Part shown: piece after piece, positions 28,846 through 36,702 of the stretch
How positions within the stretch are numbered: position 1 is the stretch's first letter
Layout of the letters: every line of letters starts with the position of its first letter
Source: Clostridia bacterium
GTDB lineage: Bacteria > Bacillota > Clostridia > TANB77 > CAG-465
NCBI GenBank assembly: GCA_045534225.1
Contig: JAZSJJ010000001.1
Span: 54,800-118,799, forward strand
DNA: 64,000 nt
Direction: 5' to 3'
Translations under genes and position numbers: made by a program
Notes under the pieces: model-generated
The model's input: the letters and a program-made list of their open reading frames with translations, nothing else
The model's database searches: none
Told to the model about the DNA's origin: nothing

Positions 28846-29187
28846 CTCAAAAGCTTCGCTCATGTGAGCAAGTCTTTTAGCATTCCATGAGATGTTTTTG
28901 GCCAAAATTGTCTTAGCTAAAGGAAGGAAGATATCATCATCCTTGATAGCATCGAAGAAACCTTTGAAGTTTGAAAAACTGGTATCTTCACACATAAATC
29001 GGAATACTCTTTCGAAATATTCTGTTGTAAGTTCTAGTTGTCCCTTGCCGGGTTTACGGTATCTGCAGTTTGGCAGATCATCGCTTAAATATTCCTTCCA
29101 AGCCAACATTACAATCTTGCCGTCTAAGCAAGTAAAAGTGTAATGGGTGGGGTTTTTCTTCGAATCAACACATGAAAAGGTCTGCAT
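28843..29187 (-). CDS. Hypothetical small protein, paralogue A of a tandem pair; GC-elevated (about 40%)
   Basis: Shares an FxxxC-DxxF-x-KGF...D-xF scaffold with the 29315 ORF. Has its own RBS (AAAAGGAGAAAC) and terminator. Confidence 0.45.
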   Translation of the reverse strand: MQTFSCVDSKKNPTHYTFTCLDGKIVMLAWKEYLSDDLPNCRYRKPGKGQLELTTEYFERVFRFMCEDTSFSNFKGFFDAIKDDDIFLPLAKTILAKNISWNAKRLAHMSEAFE

Positions 29188-29314
29188 TTTGTTTCTCCTT
29201 TTAAATTATTAATAAGATTTTTTGAAAATGTATATGAATTATATCACAAAACATAAGATTTATCAAATTAGACATATATAAAAAGAGCTCACAGATTACT
29301 GCGAGCCCTTGTTT

Positions 29315-29671
29315 TTACGCTTCTTCGAGCGCAAGTGACATTCTACGGATTTTATTTGCCATGGAACCAATGTATCCAGCAATAATTCTTTCTGCATCCT
29401 TTCTAAATGTCTCATCCATATTCAGTTGTTCAAGAAATCCCTTATAGTCAGTAAAGACAGGATCGGTGCAGACCACTCTAAATGCCTTATCAAACAAAGG
29501 CTTGGAGATAGGGTGCTGCCCTTTTGTGGGATTGGCGTACGCTTCTACGGCAACTACTTTGCTGGAAGCTTTACATACAGAAAGCTTTACCAGTTTGCCT
29601 TCGGAAAATTTGAAGTCGTACCTAATTTTACTGTGATGGTCGGTTGCTTGAAAAGTCTTCAATCTAAACAC
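29315..29671 (-). CDS. Hypothetical small protein, paralogue B of the tandem pair; GC-elevated
   Basis: RBS TTAAGGAG before the ATG. The terminator is a gagctcacag..gcgagccc hairpin. Similar to 28843. Confidence 0.45.
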   Translation of the reverse strand: MFRLKTFQATDHHSKIRYDFKFSEGKLVKLSVCKASSKVVAVEAYANPTKGQHPISKPLFDKAFRVVCTDPVFTDYKGFLEQLNMDETFRKDAERIIAGYIGSMANKIRRMSLALEEA

Positions 29672-29806
29672 TCCTTAAATTATTATAGTGGCTTATAATA
29701 CTGACCATATTTATTATAACATATAAATAGAGCAGAGGTCAAGGAAAATAGTAGACATAATTTCGCTAAATAGATATTTTTGTAAAAACGAGAGGAAAGA
29801 AAAAAA

Positions 29807-29867
29807 GAACAAATATTCGATAATTTTAGCAAAAAGTGTTGACAAACAATTGTTCTTTATATATAAT
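29807..29867 (+). promoter_or_regulatory. Consensus sigma-A promoter (TTGACA-17-TATAAT) with two one-mismatch LexA (Cheo-box-like GAAC-N4-GTTC) dyads
   Basis: TTGACA at 29839-29844 and TATAAT at 29862-29867. Dyads GAACAAATATTC (29807-29818) and AACAATTGTTC (29845-29855, inside the spacer). Confidence 0.45.
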
Positions 29868-29898
29868 TAAAGCAGAACAAAGGTTCGGAGGTAATATT

Positions 29899-30195
29899 AT
29901 GAAAAGATATAGAGTAAATTATAAAAGAGTATGTACAAATATAATAGTATTAGCAGTTATATTCATGATATTTAACGCTTTTACCAATATTACATTTGGT
30001 TCAAGAAATATACAAACTAAAACAATACGTGTAGAACGCAATGATACTTTATGGAGCATCGCTTCAGATATATGCAAAGCTTCTACCGAAGAATTAAACG
30101 TACAAAATGTTATTATACAAATTAAGCATATAAACAACTTAACAGAAAGTACAATATATTGTGGTCAAGAATTGAATGTTCCTATATATATGTAG
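29899..30195 (+). CDS. Small TM-LysM protein, a candidate YneA-like SOS cell-division inhibitor
   Basis: GGAGG RBS. Basic N-terminus then one TM helix then a C-terminal LysM (IRVERNDTLWSIASDI..LNVP). About 98 aa, the same architecture as B. subtilis YneA. Confidence 0.5.
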   Translation: MKRYRVNYKRVCTNIIVLAVIFMIFNAFTNITFGSRNIQTKTIRVERNDTLWSIASDICKASTEELNVQNVIIQIKHINNLTESTIYCGQELNVPIYM

Positions 30196-30293
30196 AAATA
30201 ATATATAATTCCCTTTAGGCAGCTATTAATTTAGTTGCCTTATTTTTATACATATGATAATATGTATTTGTAACACATATATGAGGTGATTGT

Positions 30294-31538
30294 ATGGATG
30301 AAAATAAGAAAAAAGTTGTAGAAAATGATATAAATATAGAAAACCAAGAAAATAATACCAATACTGAAAATACTGAGATAAATCGACTTCCTAAAAGGCC
30401 AAATAAGGCGTTTTTTATTTCAATAGGTGTAATATGTGGTCTGTTATTATGTGCAATTTATATGATTATTCGTCTACCAGATGAAATTCCAACTACATTA
30501 GCTAATACGAGAATTGAGAGGTTTAAGGGTAAAGATTATTACATTTATACATACAATGGTGTATATAGCGGTGAACATCAAAATGTAACATACTTATTAG
30601 ATGCAGAAAATAAAAATGCAAATGAGCATCTTAAAGAAGTTATGACATATGATCAATACGTAGAGTTTTGTACAGAAAGAAATATAGATATTAAATATAC
30701 TGACACAAACAAAAATTATATTGTATTATCTTATACTAGTTATAGCCATTGTTATGGTAGACTTGCAGATGTTGAAAATCTAGGTAAAGTAATAGCACTA
30801 TATGTTTGGGATCAAATAAAAGGAGTTCCTAGTCCTTCTATAGTACATGGATATGCTATAATAATACCTACAGATGCTAGTACACAAACTATAGTTAATG
30901 TTGTACCTATGTATATTGAGCAAGAATTTGAAAAGATTACTAATGCAATAGAGTTCCCCAATATATTAAATCAAGGAGATATGATGGTTAAAAAACCTGT
31001 TATATATCTATACCCTACAAAAGATACTAAAGTAGATGTAAAACTTGTAAATAAGGAGCTGTTAACTTGTACATATCCAAAATACACAAATGGATGGTCT
31101 GTACTTGCTAAACCGAATGGAGATTTAACATATATAGAAACAGGAAGAAGCTTGTATTCGTTATATTATGAGGCGGATAGTTTAATAGACTTTAAAGTTA
31201 CAGATGAAGGCTTTGTAATTAAAGGTGAAGATTCTGCTACATTCTTAGAAGAAAAACTAGAAATATTAGGTTTAAACGCGCATGAAACAGAAGAATTCAT
31301 TATATACTGGTTACCTAAATTAGAAGCTAATGAATATAATTATATAAGATTTGCTACTAAAGAGGAAATTGATGCTAATATGCCTTTAGAGGTTACTCCA
31401 AATCCAGATAGTGTAATTAGAGTCCTAATGACATTTAAAGGCTTAAATTCGCCTATAAGCGTCAAGGAACAAGTATTAGAAACACCTAAAAGAGATGGAT
31501 TTGTTTTAGTAGAGTGGGGCGGTACAGAAATTAAGTAA
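30294..31538 (+). CDS. Hypothetical membrane-anchored protein with a large extracytoplasmic domain
   Basis: Polar Asn/Glu-rich N-terminus, a single TM helix and then about 340 aa with no recognised family. A hairpin terminator lies at about 31588-31615. Confidence 0.4.
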   Translation: MDENKKKVVENDINIENQENNTNTENTEINRLPKRPNKAFFISIGVICGLLLCAIYMIIRLPDEIPTTLANTRIERFKGKDYYIYTYNGVYSGEHQNVTYLLDAENKNANEHLKEVMTYDQYVEFCTERNIDIKYTDTNKNYIVLSYTSYSHCYGRLADVENLGKVIALYVWDQIKGVPSPSIVHGYAIIIPTDASTQTIVNVVPMYIEQEFEKITNAIEFPNILNQGDMMVKKPVIYLYPTKDTKVDVKLVNKELLTCTYPKYTNGWSVLAKPNGDLTYIETGRSLYSLYYEADSLIDFKVTDEGFVIKGEDSATFLEEKLEILGLNAHETEEFIIYWLPKLEANEYNYIRFATKEEIDANMPLEVTPNPDSVIRVLMTFKGLNSPISVKEQVLETPKRDGFVLVEWGGTEIK

Positions 31539-31636
31539 TTATACTTATATAATGTATGATATATATAATAAAATATAAAATAATAAAGAGGTGCTTAAAA
31601 ATATAAGCATCTCTAACTATATATATAATATGTATA

Positions 31637-32596
31637 TTATTTTAATTTATTTAATGGATTATTATCTATAGCAGATTTAACTTCATCACTATCTATATGA
31701 GTATATATTTGAGTTGTAGCTATTGTTTCATGTCCTAATACTTGTTGTAATGTTCTAATATCTACACCAGCGTGTTTATGCATTAATGTAGCTGCAGTGT
31801 GTCTAAGCTTATGTGGTGTATATTTTTTGGGATCAAGCCCAGCACTTATTATATATTGTTTAACCATTATTTCTACCATTCTAGGAGATATACGTTTATA
31901 CTTTTTACTTATAAATAATGCGCGTCTATCGTCGCCTTTAACCTTATCAACCGGTCTAACCTTAAGATAAGCTTCAATAGCGTCTAAACAGGCCTTATTT
32001 AGGTGCACAGAGCGTTCTTTGTTACCTTTACCAATAACGGACAATGTATCGCCTTTAATATGTTCTAAATTGATTCCTACAAGCTCAGAAAGACGCAAAC
32101 CACAGTTTAGAAAGACTGTAAGGATAGCATAATCTCTTTCTTTGAACTCGCCTTGGACAGAGTGGAGTAGGGCAAGTGACTCATCTAGATTTAAATATTT
32201 TGGTAATCTTTTTTCTAATTTTGGTGCTTCAAGCCCAGAAGTTGGATTTCTTTCAATTTTTTTAGAAATATCACATAAATATTTATAAAATGATTTAATT
32301 GATGAAATTTTACGAGCTCTTGAAATTGCTTTAGTATTTTTATCATATAAATAATTATATATATCTGAAGTTTCTACAGATTTAAAAAAATTTAAATCTA
32401 AATCTGAAATATCAATTTCTTTATAATTTTCAATTTTAATATTATATTTATCACGTTTAATAAATTGAAAAATATCTCTAAGATCATAATAATATTCATT
32501 AACAGTATTTTTAGATCTGTTTTTAGTAATGATTAGATAATTCTTAAGGTAATCTTGCAAAATTACCGGCAAATCGTCATAAGACGGATGTTTCAT
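31637..32596 (-). CDS. Tyrosine site-specific recombinase (XerC/XerD-like integrase)
   Basis: C-terminal catalytic motifs R..HxxR..Y (RHTAATLM..LGHETIATTQIYTHI) and an N-terminal SAM-like core-binding domain. GGAGGT RBS before ATG 32596. Confidence 0.8.
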   Translation of the reverse strand: MKHPSYDDLPVILQDYLKNYLIITKNRSKNTVNEYYYDLRDIFQFIKRDKYNIKIENYKEIDISDLDLNFFKSVETSDIYNYLYDKNTKAISRARKISSIKSFYKYLCDISKKIERNPTSGLEAPKLEKRLPKYLNLDESLALLHSVQGEFKERDYAILTVFLNCGLRLSELVGINLEHIKGDTLSVIGKGNKERSVHLNKACLDAIEAYLKVRPVDKVKGDDRRALFISKKYKRISPRMVEIMVKQYIISAGLDPKKYTPHKLRHTAATLMHKHAGVDIRTLQQVLGHETIATTQIYTHIDSDEVKSAIDNNPLNKLK

Positions 32597-33060
32597 AAAT
32601 ACCTCCAAAAAGTGACGCTCTAGAATCGATTTTAAGACGTTTTTATTAATGGGGCCATATAGTTTGACCTTGAAAAAAAGGCCCCTAAAACGCCAAAATG
32701 GAAAATAGGGCTAAAATGACTAATTTTGTATATAGACACATATATAATGTATAAAATTTTATAAAATGTATATACAGATATATAATTATGTAGTAGAATA
32801 ATTAGAGTAAGACAAGTAAGAGAATATATATGTATAAATAAATAAAAAATATATATACGTAATTAGTCAAAGAGCCTAGAAAGGCTTAATATACATATAT
32901 AATATCAGAAGAGGGCTTCATATGCAATAGTTCCTTCTCCAAAATACACAAAATATCTATTTTGCGAAATAACACATAACAAAATAAGAGCCTTTCTTCT
33001 TATGGACTACTTCTTCTATTATGTGTTAATTTCGTTTTTTTAATTTTGTATTCTACTTTA

Positions 33061-33336
33061 CTAATCTATTATTTTTAGTTCTTTATACTCTTCAAATGTT
33101 TCTTTACTTTTATTTATTAAATAAAATAATAACATTCTTAATTCTGAATAATAATTTTCAAAATTATCTGTATCATAAAATTCTTGTATGTCCATATGCT
33201 CTACCTTACCGTAATACATGAACCTACACAGGAGCCCTATACTACATATTAAGACACTTGCATTATGCATATTGAGTTTCAGTATTATATGAACATTTCC
33301 TTGTTTTTTACCGCGTTTAACGCCAATCTCAGCCAT
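33061..33336 (-). CDS. Hypothetical small protein with an apparently chimeric composition
   Basis: Strong RBS AAAGGAGGGAT. The N-terminal 45 aa have moderate GC and the C-terminal half is very AT-rich. Confidence 0.3.
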   Translation of the reverse strand: MAEIGVKRGKKQGNVHIILKLNMHNASVLICSIGLLCRFMYYGKVEHMDIQEFYDTDNFENYYSELRMLLFYLINKSKETFEEYKELKIID

Positions 33337-33472
33337 TTTATCCCTCCTTTCTACTGCAGTTTTAGATATATTATGTATACTTTGTTGTTGAAAGCAGCTT
33401 ATATTTATGATATAATAATCTCCGTAATTAATATTTTATTCCAATAAATAAATTTAAAGGAGATTTAATCGT

Positions 33473-33979
33473 ATGACCTCAAACAAGCAATTCTCACTCA
33501 TCCAGACAGGCAATTTTACAAAAAAGCCTTCTGCTAATCCTTTTAGGATCAAAAATTTCTTTTTGAATGTTGAGTTTAATTATATGGGCTCAAAGGAATT
33601 TTTGATATCTGCTCTTCGTTTAGCTGCAGCTCGTATAATGCACAATAAACATAGGTATGCTATAAGACATACTGGTATCTATGTAAACGATACTGAGGAG
33701 CTTCTTCTCTACTGCGATGTAGAAAATTCTATTACAATTACTAATATGCTAAAAGAATACGTTGCTAAGCCGTATGAACTTGTAGGGCAATCTGCTCCAA
33801 AGCTTACTTCAGATTTATTCTGGTGGTGTATAGACAAATCTCCTATGTTTGGTGATTGGTTTGCATTTACCTCTAATAATATTAGTAGCTTTAAGGAAAG
33901 CCTGGATGCAGCAGATGGAATTTGGATGATGATGCCTAACTATGAACGCGAAATCGCATATCGTAAAGCAGTTTTGTAA
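33473..33979 (+). CDS. Hypothetical protein (168 aa), divergent from the 33061 ORF; GC-elevated
   Basis: AAAGGAG RBS. A TTGAAA/GATATAAT promoter lies in the shared intergenic region. No family recognised. Confidence 0.4.
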   Translation: MTSNKQFSLIQTGNFTKKPSANPFRIKNFFLNVEFNYMGSKEFLISALRLAAARIMHNKHRYAIRHTGIYVNDTEELLLYCDVENSITITNMLKEYVAKPYELVGQSAPKLTSDLFWWCIDKSPMFGDWFAFTSNNISSFKESLDAADGIWMMMPNYEREIAYRKAVL

Positions 33980-34128
33980 TAACAAAAAGCTCACTCATAA
34001 CAATGGGTGGGCTCTTTTTATGTTCATATATATGATATAAATAAAATCAAACCCCTACTAAAAGTAGAGGCTGATATAAGAGGTTATATATGAAAACTAA
34101 AGTTTTCTCTAGTCTGCATTCTGTTTAA

Positions 34129-34659
34129 TTAGTTCCAGATACCTAAACCTTGGTTTCTAGCACTTATTTGAGCTTTTGCTAATACATCTAATTTATTTAT
34201 GTTATTTCTTTCTGCTCTAAGGTTTGCTAAACCATCTTCTAATAATGTTTCATTATAGAAATCATTTTCGATATATAAGTATCCATAAGTTTTACCTTTT
34301 TCTGATTTAACTGTATCGAAGTCTACTATAACATTTTTACCAGTTAAGTCTAATGACATTCTCTTAGTTAATTTTTCAGTATTTTTTGTAGATTCTATAC
34401 CAATTAGATTAATTTCATGTTCTTCACCGTTTGATACTAAAGTTACTGTTATACCATTTACTTCTTTTACTGTCCCTTTTATAGCTTGCTTTGTATATGT
34501 GTATGCATCTTTTTCTACGGGAGTAACGCTAGCTACTTTGTTCTCTGGAGTAAATCCTATAACTAATCCAGTAACTATTAATGCTATTGATATAATAATG
34601 ACCGCTACTGCTGGTCCATATTGTTTAATATAAAACATTTTCTTATTTTCATAATACAT
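34129..34659 (-). CDS. Membrane-anchored staphylococcal-nuclease (SNase/thermonuclease) family protein
   Basis: N-terminal TM helix and an SNase-like core (LIGIE..YGYLYIENDFYNETLLEDGLANL..). GGAGGTAG RBS before ATG 34659. Confidence 0.65.
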   Translation of the reverse strand: MYYENKKMFYIKQYGPAVAVIIISIALIVTGLVIGFTPENKVASVTPVEKDAYTYTKQAIKGTVKEVNGITVTLVSNGEEHEINLIGIESTKNTEKLTKRMSLDLTGKNVIVDFDTVKSEKGKTYGYLYIENDFYNETLLEDGLANLRAERNNINKLDVLAKAQISARNQGLGIWN

Positions 34660-34827
34660 ATTTACTACCTCCATAAAAAATAAAGTCACATAATTTGAGC
34701 CATACTATAATATTATGATACCATAAATATTATGTAAAGTCAATATTATGTAACCAATTATCTATTATTTTCTTCATTTATGTTATATATATTGTTGCGT
34801 TTTTATAAATTATATTGCAATTTTATG

Positions 34828-35547
34828 TTAAATATCTGCGTTGTGCCATACATTTTGGACATCATCATTAGCTTCTAATTTGTCTATAAAGTTTTCAAAT
34901 TTTTCTGCTTCTTCATCAGATAGTTCTTTCTTTAATGTAGGAACCATTTTAATTTCAGCTTCTACTGTAGTATAACCATTCTTTTCTAAGTATTCGCTTA
35001 TCTTAAAGTATGATTCTGGTGCTGCAGTTATTTCTATATATCCATCTTCACTTACAAAATCTTCTGCTCCAACATCTAATACTTCAAGCATTAGTGTATC
35101 TTCATCTATACCAGCGCTTTCTAGTACAAATACAGATTTCTTAGTGAACATGTAACCTACAGAACCTGTTTGTCCCATGCTACCACCGCTTCTATCAAAT
35201 ATGCATCTGATATCTGCTGCAGCTCTATTTTTGTTATCTGTCATAGCGTCAACTATTACAGCTACACCACAAGGACCAAATCCTTCATAAGATATTTCTT
35301 CATAATTTGTTGCATCAGCTGCTCCTGAAGCTTTTTGAATACATCTATTAATGTTATCGTTTGGCATATTATTTGATTTAGCCTTAGCTATAACATCTCT
35401 TAATTTTGCGTTACTTGCCGGATCAGGACCACCTTGCTTTACAGCAACTGTTATTTCTTTACCTAATTTTGAATAAATTTGGGCTTTTTTACCGTCAACG
35501 GCTTCTTTTCTTCTTTTTATATTTGCCCATTTACTATGTCCACTCAT
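34828..35547 (-). CDS. yebC: YebC/PmpR family DNA-binding transcriptional regulator
   Basis: MSGHSKWANIKRRKEAVDGKKAQIYSKL N-terminus. Confidence 0.9.
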   Translation of the reverse strand: MSGHSKWANIKRRKEAVDGKKAQIYSKLGKEITVAVKQGGPDPASNAKLRDVIAKAKSNNMPNDNINRCIQKASGAADATNYEEISYEGFGPCGVAVIVDAMTDNKNRAAADIRCIFDRSGGSMGQTGSVGYMFTKKSVFVLESAGIDEDTLMLEVLDVGAEDFVSEDGYIEITAAPESYFKISEYLEKNGYTTVEAEIKMVPTLKKELSDEEAEKFENFIDKLEANDDVQNVWHNADI

Positions 35548-35661
35548 ATATCCTTCTCCTCCTTCATATGTTTGGTTTATTAACCTTTAATATTGTAACA
35601 CAAATTTACTTATTTGTGTAGTCTTTTTTACTCCAAAATGCGTATTTTAAGCACTTTTTTG

Positions 35662-36702
35662 TTAAAGTGTGTCATTTATTATACCATCAAATAGCTCTAT
35701 ATACTTTTCTACTGTACATTTAGAAGAGTTTTTAGCACCTTCTTTGATGTTTTCTTCTGACAATACTTTTAATAATTCTCTATTGTTATATAATTCTCTT
35801 ATTTTTTCTTTTAATTCTTCTTTATTTCTTTCTTTTAGAATGAATTCTTGACCTTTTTTACCTAAAACTTCATAAGCCAAGCCTACATCAGTTGTTATTA
35901 CTGGTACGCCGCAGCTCATTGATTCTAGAAGCGGTCTTGGAGTTCCTTCTATTAACGATACACATACATATATATCTATATGACTATAGTATTCTTGCAT
36001 TTCTACTGCATTTCTATATTTATCATTTACATCAGCGTAGAAAGGTACAATGTTATATCCTTCCGCCTTAAGCTCTTCTATAGCTGGTTTTAATATTGTA
36101 TGTAGACCTTTATAGTCTATATCGTCTTCAGATTTCTTGTTCCATTTACTATTTCCAACCCAACCAATTACTAATGGTCTATTTTCTACATTTTCACTAT
36201 CAAATCTTTCAAGTTTTGCTGGTACAAATAGATCTGTGTCTATTGTATCTGGTATTTCTGCCCAAGGTAATGGACAATTTGGAACAGCTGCATATATATC
36301 ATATAACTTTTTAGAACATACTAAATATGCTTTAGAATACAGTCTATATAGCTTTGTATAGTCTATTTCAGGATCATTTATTGCTAAATGATCATATACG
36401 CATGTAGTAATTTTTCTTACCATAGATTTTAAGTATTCATCATAGTTATATCCTTTAAGAGCCACTCTTTCTTTGAAACTTTCATCTTCAAATTGAAGTA
36501 AAAGTTTTCTTGCAAGGAAATGTATTACATCATATTCCTTTGTAGCTTCTAAAATGTCAAATAAGTCTTTATTAAAGTCTGTTACACAATAAAATACGTC
36601 TATATCATATTTATCGCTTAATTCCTTTTTTAATAATTGTGCAATTATATCAAAAGACCAATTAGGTATATCTGCAATAATTGCAATTTTATTTTTGCTC
36701 AT
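35662..36702 (-). CDS. Glycosyltransferase family 4 (GT-B)
   Basis: C-terminal EGTPRPLLESMSCGVPVITTDVG motif. AGGAGG RBS before ATG 36702. Overlaps the upstream gene by about 14 nt. Confidence 0.7.
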   Translation of the reverse strand: MSKNKIAIIADIPNWSFDIIAQLLKKELSDKYDIDVFYCVTDFNKDLFDILEATKEYDVIHFLARKLLLQFEDESFKERVALKGYNYDEYLKSMVRKITTCVYDHLAINDPEIDYTKLYRLYSKAYLVCSKKLYDIYAAVPNCPLPWAEIPDTIDTDLFVPAKLERFDSENVENRPLVIGWVGNSKWNKKSEDDIDYKGLHTILKPAIEELKAEGYNIVPFYADVNDKYRNAVEMQEYYSHIDIYVCVSLIEGTPRPLLESMSCGVPVITTDVGLAYEVLGKKGQEFILKERNKEELKEKIRELYNNRELLKVLSEENIKEGAKNSSKCTVEKYIELFDGIINDTL

